Positions 1 to 10,918 of a stretch of DNA of 64,000 bases are shown one piece after another. Location of the stretch: positions 96,001 through 160,000 of the forward strand of contig CAWCYD010000003.1 of the NCBI GenBank assembly GCA_963799775.1, read 5' to 3'. Within the stretch, counting starts at the first letter, position 1, and each line of letters starts with the position of its first letter. Position numbers and translations under genes: made by a program. This stretch comes from an uncultured archaeon (GTDB taxonomy: Archaea > Thermoproteota > Nitrososphaeria > Nitrososphaerales > Gagatemarchaeaceae). Under the pieces are notes generated by a model, which was not told where the DNA came from, did no database searches, and saw only the letters and a list, made by a program, of their open reading frames with translations.

Positions 1-321
1 AATTCATTTGCCGGATTGCGTAGTGTCCCTAAAGAGGTCATTTTTGAGCCTCTCGTGTATGGACTACGTCTTTGATTATGAAGTCTAGTCTGGAGGCGTT
101 AAGGGAGTGCGACTGTCCAGTGATTCGTCTCGCTTATCGTAAGCTCGTCAAAAACATGGAATGGCAAACCGTTTGCGCGAGAGCGAGAGGGAGGATGTGG
201 GCTCGCGAGGAGGGGGGAGCGAAAGGCAAAGAAACAGGCAATTCTGGCAGAAACAGGCCTGCTACAGAATATACCCCGTTGGAGGGGTATCCTCTCATCT
301 CGTGGTTTTGGCCTATGCTAT

Positions 322-975
322 TCAAAAGCGTCTTGCTGACTGCTCAGGCTGTTGATTCAACTTTAATGTGACGAAAGTGCTCGTGATGTTTACGGTGAGC
401 CGCGTATGCGACACTGACTCGTAGGCTCCAGAGAGGTAACTCTTCAGGAAGGTCGACCACCTGATTCCGAGTTTGTGCTTAAGGATTATCTCGCTTGTCG
501 CCTCGTCAACGCCGTGTCCCTCAATTGTGAACCAATTCGCCCGCTTGCTCAAGATCTCGCTCAAGAACTTCACAAAGGTAAGTTGCTTTCCGATGGCCTC
601 GAAGAGCGTCCTCGACATCGTGAAATGCCTCTTCCCCAGTTCTGACGCCAGTTTCTCCAAGGCATCCATATCACATGTCTCAAGGATTAATGCGAATGTT
701 TCCGTTGTCAGCACTAGGCCATCGAACGTGGGAATCAAGGGATCGAAACCAATTCTCCATGAAAGCCAAGAGGCCACCAGCTGGTTCTCGGTCTGACCGT
801 ACTTCTTAGCCAACGCGGCCAAATTCTCAATCAATCTCTCGTCCAGCCTGAACGACCGCGTCACCGTAGTCAATTCATTGAAGCCGGATAGATGCGGGTC
901 TATTTTAGAGTTGGCATGAATTATTACACTGTGTTGCAGTGTAAACCCTAATTTTAATAGGGAATCTCTCCCCAT
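322..975 (-). CDS. Thaumarchaeal-type protein with N-terminal ribbon-helix-helix domain (putative regulator)
   Basis: TVTRSFRLDERLIENLAALAKKYG is RHH-like; C-terminal LKHKLGIRWSTFL resembles a family expanded in Nitrososphaerota. True start is probably downstream of the ORF start. Confidence 0.6.
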   Translation of the reverse strand: MGRDSLLKLGFTLQHSVIIHANSKIDPHLSGFNELTTVTRSFRLDERLIENLAALAKKYGQTENQLVASWLSWRIGFDPLIPTFDGLVLTTETFALILETCDMDALEKLASELGKRHFTMSRTLFEAIGKQLTFVKFLSEILSKRANWFTIEGHGVDEATSEIILKHKLGIRWSTFLKSYLSGAYESVSHTRLTVNITSTFVTLKLNQQPEQSARRF

Positions 976-981
976 GATTGT

Positions 982-2185
982 GTGATGCTCGTCTCGAATC
1001 GGAAAGCGCTCGTCCTTAGAATTGGTCCGTTGACCATTGCACTCATTTTGATGCTCGTCATGCCATTCGTGGCTAACTCATATGCGGTCCCCCAAGTCGG
1101 AACTACAGCTTGCAACACACAGATTACATCGCAAGAACGCTCAATTCTTGAAAGCCTGGATACCACGCAAGCGGTGAGCTTGGCAGTGCAATCAACGTCG
1201 TTCATAGATGCCGTGGCCGGACAAGGATATCAACTCCAAGTTGTTTCCGGGGACTTTAGTCTCCATTCTCGAACTTGCAGCGTCGATGCCCTCGGAGAAC
1301 TCGCAGTCCTTTTCAGTGTTTCCAGGAATGGTTACCAAGGTTGGGAGTTACAATGTCCCCGAAACTGTTCAGGTCTGGGAGAATCCCGCGATGAGCCGGG
1401 TGCTTGGGATCAACATTACCACGACGGTTTACGCACCATGCTGCCAATGGTCGGGATATGGGGTGCAATATATTTCCGGTGGGAGTGCACAGGCGGTATA
1501 CGACACGGACTCATACTTCTACCAGCCGTCTGTCAGTTCCAATAGTCAGTGTTACGCATCATCTCCGTACACTTGCGATCTAGGTATTTGGGCTGGAATG
1601 TCTCAGAATGCAGGCGGAGGAGGTTTCCTCGTACAGTCAGGTACGGCCGGAACAATCACCTGCACCTCTGGAGGCTCATGTGGATCAGCGACTTATGACG
1701 CTTGGTGGGACTGGATTTACTCGGGCGGTTCGACGTTGGGAACATGCTCAACAAGTTCGTATCCTGTAAGCACGGGCGACTATATGCTAGCGCTCGAAGA
1801 GTGGGGGCCATATTGGGGTGGTAGCTCAAGCCAATACGAAGCCTTCGTGAATGATTACATTGCCAATAATGGAGGAGGCTGGGGTTGCGCGAGCGGTGTG
1901 CTGAGCCAGTCGGGCACGGCCTACTGGTCTCAGACTATTGCTGAAATCCCGACATTGAGCGGCGGAATAGCCGCCCTACCAACTTTCAGTTCAGTGACAG
2001 CCATCTATCCTGCGATATGCGATTCCACCACGAGCTGCCAATCTTACTACACGCCCTACCACAATGGCAACGACTATACCTTCGTGATGGATAATTGCGG
2101 ATCGCCATATAACCTGGCGCTATCCGCTCCTAACAGCATCACTGGTGACTTTACGTGGACTTACCAGAATAGCTGCGGAACCTGA
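982..2185 (+). CDS. Secreted glutamic peptidase, family G1 (peptidase A4/scytalidopepsin-like), one frameshift near 1340
   Basis: Signal peptide in ORF 982..1545. Mature domain in ORF 1208..2185 has WSGY, IWAGM, LVQSGT (catalytic Q), YDAWWDW, VSTGD, IAEIP (catalytic E), LPTF. Confidence 0.75.
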
Positions 2186-2290
2186 GTCACCTTTTTTTCG
2201 CATCTAGGCGGCTTACAAGGGGATGCCCGGCATGATTCGGTTGGGCAAAGAGTTCAAAACGAGGTATGCCTTGCTTGAAGGCATTGAGCC

Positions 2291-3046
2291 ATGAACCAAA
2301 GTCCGCTTGGTCATAAGGTTCCGCTTGTTATAGGACTGATTGTCATAATTCTAGTCGGGGCCTTAACTTTGACCCTACTCCATCCCAACAAAGGGTCCGG
2401 CCCGAGAAGTTCGGAGACTGGCATCACGGCAACCGGAACATCGCAGACGACTTCATCCCCATTCATCCAATCAAACGCATCAACCACCCTTAGGCTGACA
2501 ACCTCCATCAGCTCTTCTAATCTGAGAGTGGGTCAAAATCTGAGCCTTTCTATGTCGGTAACGAACATCCTTCCGACTGCTGCAACGGTTCTTCCGTCGA
2601 CTGACTGGTCGTTCGAAGGTGTTCCTGTCACCCCTTGGGGTGCCTGTCATCTGAACTATCCACTCGAAGTTGAAATTGTCAGGGGAAACTACTCGGTCCA
2701 GCAGTTGCCGAATGCTGTCAACGCGACCTTCGGATATACTTGCTACAGCGCCCTGACCGCGAACACCATCACCTTCCAGGCTGACAGCGACTTGGCAAAC
2801 GTAACTTGGACTGGACCGGGGCCGGGAGTCGTTCAAACATTCGGACCCTATGTCATGTCGTACAACTTCACTACGAGCGGTTTTTGGAACCTCGCAGACA
2901 TCACCGGTTCGGAGATTCCCGTAATCGGGGGCGGCAATGGAGCACCTCCTCCACCCACGCCCTTCACTCCTGGAACCTACACTGTGGCTGTGGAGGACGA
3001 GTGGGGTCAAGTCTCGATCATGCATTTCACGGTGGTCAACGGCTGA
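2291..3046 (+). CDS. Membrane-anchored extracellular protein (N-terminal TM, S/T linker, Ig-like beta domain)
   Basis: N-terminal hydrophobic helix, S/T-rich linker, C-terminal PFTPGTYTVAVEDEWGQ. Confidence 0.65.
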   Translation: MNQSPLGHKVPLVIGLIVIILVGALTLTLLHPNKGSGPRSSETGITATGTSQTTSSPFIQSNASTTLRLTTSISSSNLRVGQNLSLSMSVTNILPTAATVLPSTDWSFEGVPVTPWGACHLNYPLEVEIVRGNYSVQQLPNAVNATFGYTCYSALTANTITFQADSDLANVTWTGPGPGVVQTFGPYVMSYNFTTSGFWNLADITGSEIPVIGGGNGAPPPPTPFTPGTYTVAVEDEWGQVSIMHFTVVNG

Positions 3047-3159
3047 AGTTCCAAATCCATTCGCAACCACTTCCACACCGGCGATTCCCGGCCAGGGATT
3101 TGAACTCAATTAGGTCTAGGAACCGGCGACCGCACTCGTCCCACCCCTCCCCGTTAGGC

Positions 3160-3412
3160 TGCGTGGGACTCTAACGAGGACAAGAACGGCCCGCCACGTT
3201 CTGAAAGTCCCATGGGAACGTGTTGGACATTCGCAGACTGGGAAAGGCACCTTTAGAGGATTGAGCTCTGGGACGACCTATCAGGTGGAAGCCGACAGCT
3301 ATGGTAGCTGCACGTTCAACGACTGGTCTGGCGGAGGAGTTACCGGGAGCACATCAGACCCGTTGACGTGATTGCCCCAGCCACTCTCATAGCAATCTAC
3401 ACGTGTGCATAG
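3160..3412 (+). pseudogene. Remnant of a surface-protein repeat domain, paralogous to the 20179 gene
   Basis: Translates as FRGLSSGTTYQVEADSYGSCTFNDWSG and (other frame) TLIAIYTCA, matching FQTASGSTYSIQVQSYGACTFGHWSDG...FMAIYDCA of the 20179 protein; stops and shifts, no start codon. Confidence 0.55.
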
Positions 3413-3545
3413 CGACCCCTCGAAGTCAAACGAGACACTATGCCAACTCTGGACTCCGCGCGATGGTTCTGAGCTGCAGCCAATTCAACAGGGGCTTGGC
3501 GCAGGCATTTGGTTGCCTTCGATGGTCATTTCAGTCACGCTTTGG

Positions 3546-3911
3546 CTAAAGCTGCTTTTCCAGCTCGTTCTCTGCCGTTCTCGCTCCCTTGACCATGTTT
3601 CCAAATCTAGTCGAGAATCGATAATTTCCAATGCCTATGATGGCCCATCCCGCCGCGAGAAGTAACAATATCAGCTCCACCGCGATCAGGCTAGGGTCAC
3701 CCACATTCACGGTTATCGTCGACTCGCCCCCGACGAATGGATAGAGAATCTGCACGAGGAATCCTGCAGCCAATAGGACCGCAACTATGATTGTTATGAC
3801 CGAGAGCGACCTGATTCTGCTCTGTCCTGCCTCAATATGCTGAATGAACTCTTCATGCGCTTCAATGAACATGGCCCCGGGCGACCTCCCAGCCTTTTCG
3901 CTCTCAGACAA
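3546..3911 (-). CDS. Small two-TM membrane protein
   Basis: 121-aa ORF with two hydrophobic helices, downstream of the wHTH gene. Confidence 0.6.
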   Translation of the reverse strand: MSESEKAGRSPGAMFIEAHEEFIQHIEAGQSRIRSLSVITIIVAVLLAAGFLVQILYPFVGGESTITVNVGDPSLIAVELILLLLAAGWAIIGIGNYRFSTRFGNMVKGARTAENELEKQL

Positions 3912-3936
3912 TCATCTCATTCCCTCATGTTCAAGC

Positions 3937-4239
3937 CTAAAACCCTTCCTGACCTCCGGTCAGTTTCATCCCTCTCTCCCATTCATTCCACAGGACAAGG
4001 TATCGGGTCAAAGACTTCAACCCCGCCTCGGTCAGTCTGAGTATGTCATGGGAACCCAGGGTTTCAGTGGTCACCCAGCCGAGGGCGACCATCGGCTTCA
4101 AGTCTTCGTCAAGTCGCCCGTAGTTGATGTTGCACCGCTGAGCCAGTCGCGATGAATTAAGCGGACCTTCTCGGAGCGCAGCTAGCATTTCCATTGCGAC
4201 GGCCAGACGATTCCTCCTGATCACAGAGCGACCGCCCAA
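3937..4239 (-). CDS. Winged helix-turn-helix transcription regulator (archaeal HTH_45-like)
   Basis: RRNRLAVAMEML...SSRLAQRCNINYGRL...LRLTEAG pattern. Confidence 0.75.
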   Translation of the reverse strand: MGGRSVIRRNRLAVAMEMLAALREGPLNSSRLAQRCNINYGRLDEDLKPMVALGWVTTETLGSHDILRLTEAGLKSLTRYLVLWNEWERGMKLTGGQEGF

Positions 4240-4713
4240 AAAAAGGCGCGGCCATCAATAATAAGCGTGCCCAGTCACGAGACTGACCAGAAGTCCGGAC
4301 CTGAAGTCAGAAACTGTCTATAAGTTGCGTCCAGCCTTTACGCCTATGGTCTCGGCTTCCCCAAGGTCGGTGCACCCAGGATGCAGCCAGGCTAGCGGTG
4401 GCGAACTTGAGGATTGATGTCCCCCTCTTCGATTTCCAGTGAAACACGCCTAGCTGATTTGATTACACAAAGCCTCGCGCTTAGGCTTGCGAACTCCCCA
4501 GACGACGAGGGCTGTTGCATCGCTAGGTTCGCAGAAATGCAACACGGCGACTTCGGGACGACAAACGTCCGTGGCCGAGCAGATGCAAGAGTTCGCAGTT
4601 GCCCGGCGCGCCCCTTCTGTCAGCGCAGAGGAGTTGTAGTGCCGGAGGGCCTTCGTCAATGACCCTTCCGTCAGCCGCGCGTTCCAACCTTTCGGATATC
4701 TAGACTCGTCCCA

Positions 4714-5496
4714 TTGGTGAATCCCGTCGACGAGAGGACGTTCGCCCATAGACACCTCGAAGGCGTCTTTCCAATGGTGGCCGTTCAATTATGGAAGCTG
4801 ATGAGGAGCGGCCCCGCATACCGGTTGGCACTCTCGAAAGGGCTGCACCGGATGCTCAAGTTCGACGGGAAGATTCTGATCTCGAGCGTGATGCCCGACG
4901 CCGACATCGTAAGGCGTGGCGCAGGTTGGTTCATCAACGCAATCAAGGAACTGGAGCCTGATGCCGTGACGACGTGGGATGTCCCCACCTACTCGGACCA
5001 TCCCAAGAGGGCGTCATTGAACTGGTTGCTCGCCGGCCTTGAAGCATCGAGAAGGATGGCCCTCGAACTCGACACGCCCATGATCGGCCTTGTGGCGGGA
5101 GCCGATCCGCACCAGGTCGAGCTGTCTTCGAGATGCCTTCGAGCGATGGGCTTCGAGCACCAGGCGCTTGCGTGTCATGAGCTGCTGCTTGCCAGACAGC
5201 ATGCATACTTGAGATCGTGTGCGTCGGTCGTTGCGAGGCATTGCTCGGACTTGACTCTGCTCTCATGTTCTCATCCGAACTTGTTTGAGAAGTTCGAGAT
5301 GGCTGACCATTTTGTCGGGATGTCCTGGTTCCACGAGGCCATCCGGGGGAGACGACTAGGAAAGAGATCCAGTGAGTCTCTTGGCCACGGACGCGACAGA
5401 ACGGCCCGATTGATAAGGGAGAATCTCATGGAGGCAGTCGACGCGGTGCGCGAGTCGTTCCCAACTGAAGGTCCACGAGGCGGTTGGGCTGGGTAG
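4714..5496 (+). CDS. Divergent tRNA-guanine transglycosylase-like TIM-barrel protein
   Basis: GLHRMLKFDGKILISS resembles TGT GLH..W.GPILTDS; DAVTTWDVP and MIGLVAG resemble later TGT motifs; canonical DSGG is absent. Confidence 0.45.
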   Translation: MVNPVDERTFAHRHLEGVFPMVAVQLWKLMRSGPAYRLALSKGLHRMLKFDGKILISSVMPDADIVRRGAGWFINAIKELEPDAVTTWDVPTYSDHPKRASLNWLLAGLEASRRMALELDTPMIGLVAGADPHQVELSSRCLRAMGFEHQALACHELLLARQHAYLRSCASVVARHCSDLTLLSCSHPNLFEKFEMADHFVGMSWFHEAIRGRRLGKRSSESLGHGRDRTARLIRENLMEAVDAVRESFPTEGPRGGWAG

Positions 5497-5569
5497 AGGA
5501 AATTACCTCCCGCATGTAGGGAAATCCGGCACCGGTGGAATTGACGCGCCGAGTTCCGGTCAAGAAATC

Positions 5570-6025
5570 TTGTCGGCCGAACAGCTCACCAACGACGAGT
5601 CGACATGGACCAATGCGGTGCCCGCCTCGGAGGACGACGAACACTTTCTTTGGGATAGGTACGTTCCGTTGTTGTGTGATTCTTACATATTTGAGAAATA
5701 TGGTGGCCGGACTCAGGTCCGCTTGCCTGCTAGCCACGGGCCGTTCGACAGATGTTATGTGGACAACGTGACTCGCGACGGAGACCTACACGAGAACAAG
5801 GCCGCTATGTCCGTTGGCGGCTACCATGCGTCGTATCAATTATCGAATTACTTGGCCTATCTAGACGAGAATGGAGGTTCCCTGGACTACAATTTCTTCA
5901 AGAGCCCGGTTACCGGAATGGGAGGCCCCGACTCCGTGTTCGCTCCGAAGCTTGCAGACGCGGCGACGAAATACGACATGGGCATTAATATCTACGACCA
6001 TGATTGGTGGGAGGAGCTCCAATAG
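5570..6025 (+). CDS. Putative PD-(D/E)xK (restriction-endonuclease fold) toxin-like domain
   Basis: PFDRCY...LHENK...YQLSNY gives D..ExK..QL..Y spacing. Confidence 0.45.
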   Translation: MSAEQLTNDESTWTNAVPASEDDEHFLWDRYVPLLCDSYIFEKYGGRTQVRLPASHGPFDRCYVDNVTRDGDLHENKAAMSVGGYHASYQLSNYLAYLDENGGSLDYNFFKSPVTGMGGPDSVFAPKLADAATKYDMGINIYDHDWWEELQ

Positions 6026-6026
6026 C

Positions 6027-6378
6027 ATGTCAGAATTCAAGGGTCCGGAAGCGCTTTCGTGGCTCACCAGCAACAAGAACAAGTGCGCGCTTGCAGGGAA
6101 CCGTTTCCAGACAACCGCTGATGCGATTGAAGCGGTGAAGCGACTTTACGCGGCTGGTGCCACGCAGGTCTCTTGTGGCGCCGCCACTCGAGGAGCCAGA
6201 GAGAATCCGGACGGATGGAGGCCCCTATGCAGATGGGCTTGACGTAATTTTCCCGAAGGAGAAAACAGAACGGGTCTTGGCAGTCGTCAAATCGCTTCAA
6301 CCTGATGCTGGAGGAAAGAAGAAAGACGTGATCAATAGAGAGGAAGGAAACCGAAAGCTTATGCTTTGGTGGGACTGA
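6027..6378 (+). CDS. Small protein ending in LWWD (putative immunity protein), frameshift near 6175
   Basis: ATG 1 nt after the upstream stop; MSEFKGPEALSWL...ALAGNRF...LYAAGA joins EPERIRTDGGPYAD...LMLWWD in the next frame. Confidence 0.55.
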
Positions 6379-6447
6379 AGTGCGGTCTGACCTCGAGAAG
6401 CGCTTATATAGTTATTAGTAGCTTTCGATACTAACAAGTGAGTTCGA

Positions 6448-7917
6448 ATGGCCCAATACGACTATGACGTGATAATCGCTGGAGGCGGCATGTCCGGCCT
6501 CCTGACAGCAGCAGCGGTCGGCTTCTACTCGAAGCAAAAGGCGAGGGCCCTCGTGATCGACAGGAACAGCGCCGACGAGCCGGGCAAGAAGACCAACAAC
6601 GGATGGATATGCGGCGACGCTGCGAGCAAGAAGAGCGTAGGGTTCATCGAGAAGAGCATCGGGATCAAGTACGGCTCGCCCGAGCTGGAGCACCCGGTCA
6701 AGGGGATCTACGTCTACTCTCCCGACCACAAGACCAAGTGTCCTCTTCGAGGGAGAGGGCTACATCCTAAACAGGAAGCTGATGCCCCAGCGCCAGGTCC
6801 GGGACGCCAAGAAGTTCGGCGTCGAGTTCAAGTTCGGAATCACAGCCGAGAAGCTAATCGCGGAGGACGGCTACATCAGGGGAGTCGCGGGCCGCGAAGC
6901 AGACGGCAAGCCCTTCAAGGCCTCTGCGAAGATGGTCGTCGACTCGTCAGGCTCGTCGTCGGTGCTGAGAAAGTTCAACCCGATAAACAGCTACATCGAC
7001 AAGGAGATCGACATCGAGGACATGGAGGCCACCGGCCGCTACCTCATGGAGTTCGACCAGGGCGTCCAGGACGAGACCTACTTCACCCCGGAATACTGCC
7101 TCATCCACCTCGACCAGGACATTGCGCCCGCGGGCTACGCCTGGGTCTTCCCGAAGGGGAAGAACAAGGTGAACATCGGCCTCGGCGTCTCAAAGCCGGG
7201 ACTAGACAGGAGGAACAGGAGGCTGAAGAAGAACGACAACCTCTCCACGCTGATCGACCAATACGTGAAGGAGAATCCGTCGATCAGGAATGGGCGCCTC
7301 TCGACCAACCCCGACGACAAGGGCAACGAGAAGGGTAATTGGCATGCCCCGGTGAGGCGGCAGAACGACTGCATGGTCGCCAACGGGTTCGTCGTGGTGG
7401 GCGATGCGGCCTGGATGCCCAGGCCCCTCGACGCCGGCGGGATGGGGCCCCGCGATGTACGCCAGCATGATCCTCGGCAAGGTCGTCTCAAAGGCCCTCG
7501 AGGCCAACGACGTCTCCCAAGAGGGCCTGTGGGAGTACAACGTCGAGTACATGCTCACCCACGGGTACCAGATGGCCTCGTTCGACGGTCCTCAGGCGCT
7601 ACCTCCAGACAATCACGAACGAGCAGATCAACTATGGCATGAAGAACTTCCTCACCCAGGAGGACATCGACGCCATCACGGAGCGAAGGCATCCAAAGTT
7701 CAACGCCGTCAACAGGCTAGGCCTCATCGTAAAGGCAGCGAGCCAGATGGAGCTCGCAAAGGGGCTCCGTTTCACCGCGGACAAGAGCTCTTCCCTCGTC
7801 GATCTGAACCTCGAGTATCCCAAGACCCCGAAGGGCTTCCCCGAGTGGAAGAAGAGGATCGACAAAGAGATCAACGAGACGAAGGAACGCTTCGCGCCAA
7901 AGGAAGCGGCAGCGTAA
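6448..7917 (+). CDS. Geranylgeranyl reductase family FAD oxidoreductase (digeranylgeranylglycerophospholipid reductase-like), several frameshifts
   Basis: DVIIAGGGMSG dinucleotide motif, WICGDA, PAGYAWVFPKG, VVVGDAAW..RPLDAGG spread over ORFs 6448, 6782, 7404 and 7639. Confidence 0.8.
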
Positions 7918-7953
7918 TAAAAGAGACCCCAGACGGCCGAGGCGAGACCTAAC

Positions 7954-9609
7954 ATGGTCAAGTCCCTTGACGACGAAATCCTCGAGCTCTGGAAGGAACT
8001 CAGCCCCTCCGGGGCATACACGACGGGGTTCGAGGAGTACGCGGGGAAGCTCTTCATCCCCAGCCAGGATAACATCGACAGGGCCCTCGAGAGAGTGAGA
8101 GGACTGAGGAGGAGGGCCGAGAACGAGCTGCAGACGCGCATCCTCGACAGCATGGAGGTGACGCTCTCATTTGACGAGCCTCAACCCGTCCTAGACGACA
8201 TCGTCGGGGCGATCTTCAACCATCTCACCAAGGAAGGCGTGAACGAGAAGCACCTCTCGTCGCTCGTCTCGGACTCGCTGAAGGCCCTGGAAGTGACGCA
8301 GAAGCGGTTCTCCCAGAGGAAATGCCCCGGCCGCCGTCAAGGCCCTGACGCTCTACAGGCTTGACGGGGTGATCGAGGTCATCGACGCCATCTCAGGACA
8401 GGTCAAAGGCAAGCAGCTCAAGAAGGACTGCGAGCGGCTCAAGGAGAAGGCGAAGAAGTTCGTCTCGCTCTTCGAGCTCCCGGGCTTCGGCAAGGTGAAC
8501 CTTCGAAGAGGTCGAGCAGGTCTTCAAGAAGACAAAGTTCGAGCTCGGCAGGGAGCGGTTCTACCGCGTCGCCCTCGAGAACGGGATGGCATACACCGAG
8601 ACGCCCGACGAGCTGGAGCAGAGGGCATTAGAATGGCTCGGCGACGAGCTACCCCTCTATCGCACTGTCACGAGGAGGCTCGCCAAGGAATACCGATGCG
8701 AGGCCACCCCCGAAGTCGTGGAGAAGCACCTCGTGGACAGGGCCCGCCTCAAACCGAATGAACCTGCTACGGATCACGAACGCGATGAGGAAGGTGATCC
8801 AGGCGTTCGTCGACGAGGACGTCGTCAGGATAAACAGCAAGTACAAGACAAAGGTGATTGAGACTCCGGCGTATCTCAGCGGCATGCTGCCGACGGGCGC
8901 CGCCTCGTTCTTCGACACGTTCACCAAGAAGCCCTTCCAGCTCTACTTCCTCACAACGGACCCCAAGAGGGACCCTGCAAAGTCCGTCTCGCAGTTGATG
9001 GACCTCCTCGTCCACGAGGAGTACGGCCACTGCGTGAACCACTCCAACAGCGTCCTCAGGTTCGGAGGTCGCGCCGGGAAGCTCGACCTGATCCCGACCT
9101 TGTTGCAGGCCCCGGTGACGGAGGGCCTCTCCTTCAACAGGGAGCGCGAGTTCCTCGAGGCCTCGCAGAAGCTCGAGACAAAGGAGAAGCTGACGAAGGC
9201 CGAGAAGGCCTATGTCGACCTCTTGAAGAAATACGGAGGCCTGAAGCTCATCAACTCGGAGCTCGAGTTCCAGACACGCAAGTGGAGGCTCATCAGGTTC
9301 CTCCGCGTGATCGGCGACGTCCGCATCAACACGGGTAGGCAGACCCTCTTCGACTTCATCGACTGGGCGCACGCGAAGACCGGGGTCCCTCGGAGCAACA
9401 TCTACTACCAGCTCTTCCCAGCGCACGAGGGCATGTTCCCAGGCTATGCCACCGCGTACGCCGTCGTCGGGGAGGAGATCCACGAGATAGAGGACACCAT
9501 AGCGGACGACAAGGGAAGGGTGAAGTTCTCGACCTATCTCACAGGGATCGGCTTCCCACCCCGCAACATCTACAGGAAGATGCTCCAGGACTACGCGTCT
9601 TCTCTCTGA
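7954..9609 (+). CDS. Zincin-like metallopeptidase (DUF885-like), frameshifted
   Basis: LLVHEEYGH, TEGLS and PGYATAY motifs; pieces 7954, 8369, 8586 and 8758 are collinear. Confidence 0.6.
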
Positions 9610-9730
9610 GCTGGCGGGAAAGAGCGTACAAACGAGGTCAAGAACGGCAACGGGGCCGACAAACGTCCGCACACGGCTCGGAAGATTGAAATATCATATT
9701 CAGGCGCGGCCTCGCTGAAGGCCACGGGGA

Positions 9731-10915
9731 TTGCCAAAGCAGATCACCACCTTCGAGGGGTTCATCCGGCACATAATCAAGCTCGTCCTATGGGTCGTCC
9801 TTCTCACCCCGCTGGTGGTCCTCCCTGTCTTCTTCTTCGCTTACACGCTCGCGGGCAAGAGCTTCCCCGACCTTTTCGTGCTCATGACCAACCCGACCAT
9901 GCTGATGGCCTTCCTCAACTCCCTGATGACGACGGAGCCGACCAAGACGCTCTTCGCGCTGACGACGTTCCCTGGCTTCACGTTTGCAGCCATTTTCTCG
10001 ACCGTCTTCATGGTCTGGGTCGAGAGGAAGTTCATCGCCAAGATCCAGCTAAGGGTCGGTCCCCAATACGCGGGAAGGTTCGAGGGGATACTCCAGAACT
10101 TCGCGGACCTCTTCAAGCTCCTGTTCAAGGAGATGCTCATCCCTGACCAGGTCGACAAGGCCGTCTTCGTCGCCGTCCCGCTCGCCCTGATGTTCATCGC
10201 AGGCTCGCTGCTCGCCCTCGTGCCTCTCGGGCCGACCACGTACATCGCCGACCCTTCGATAGGCGCGATCTTCGTCTTCGCGATAATCAGCTTCACCCCG
10301 CTCGTCGTGATGCTCGCAGGCTGGGCGAGCAACAGCAAGTATCCCCTCCTGGGGTCGTTGCGCGCCCTCCACCAGATGGTGGCGTTCGAGATCCCGATGA
10401 TCCTCTCCGTGGTGGGGGTCGTCGTCCTCTCCGGGTCTCTCGACCTGGTCAAGATCGTCAACGCCCAGAGCAGCGTCTGGTTCATCCTCCTCCAGCCTCT
10501 AGGCGCGATCGTCTTCTTCATCTGCGTCCTCGCCGAGCTGGAGAGGATCCCGTTCGACCTGCCGGAGGCCGACACCGAGCTCGTCGCGGGCTGGCAGACC
10601 GAGTACGGCGGGATGAACTTCGGCGTCTTCCAGCTGGCGACCTACATCAAGTTCTACTCTCTGGCGGGCATCTTCACGACTTTCTTCCTCGGCGGGTGGT
10701 ACGGGCCGGGGTTCCTCCCTGCGCCGGCGTGGTTCATCCTGAAGACGTTCATAGTGATGGTCGCCATGATGCTGCCGAGGGGGGTCTTCCCGAGGGTCCG
10801 ACTGGACGTCCTCCTCAGGGGCGGCTGGACAAAGCTCATGTTCCTCTCTTTCCTGAACCTCTTCCTTGCCCTGCTCATCATCTCGCTCGGGGCCTACACG
10901 ATCGGAGGCGTCTGA
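9731..10915 (+). CDS. nuoH: NADH-quinone oxidoreductase subunit H
   Basis: WVERKFIAKIQLRVGP, NSKYPLLGSLR, RIPFDLPEADTELVAG; extra N-terminal TM extension. Confidence 0.95.
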   Translation: MPKQITTFEGFIRHIIKLVLWVVLLTPLVVLPVFFFAYTLAGKSFPDLFVLMTNPTMLMAFLNSLMTTEPTKTLFALTTFPGFTFAAIFSTVFMVWVERKFIAKIQLRVGPQYAGRFEGILQNFADLFKLLFKEMLIPDQVDKAVFVAVPLALMFIAGSLLALVPLGPTTYIADPSIGAIFVFAIISFTPLVVMLAGWASNSKYPLLGSLRALHQMVAFEIPMILSVVGVVVLSGSLDLVKIVNAQSSVWFILLQPLGAIVFFICVLAELERIPFDLPEADTELVAGWQTEYGGMNFGVFQLATYIKFYSLAGIFTTFFLGGWYGPGFLPAPAWFILKTFIVMVAMMLPRGVFPRVRLDVLLRGGWTKLMFLSFLNLFLALLIISLGAYTIGGV

Positions 10916-10918
10916 GGG

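Noticed and set aside
72-371. Short ORFs at the window start
   Set aside because: Overlapping short ORFs without motifs or convincing coding signal.
4414-4662. ORF ending in CPARPFC, reminiscent of an EndoIII Fe-S motif
   Set aside because: Only two of four Cys are present and no other motif; at best an unidentifiable remnant.
6448-9609. Programmed frameshifting or true pseudogenes in GGR and the peptidase
   Set aside because: Breaks are scattered across unrelated genes with no consistent slippery motif; assembly error is more parsimonious.
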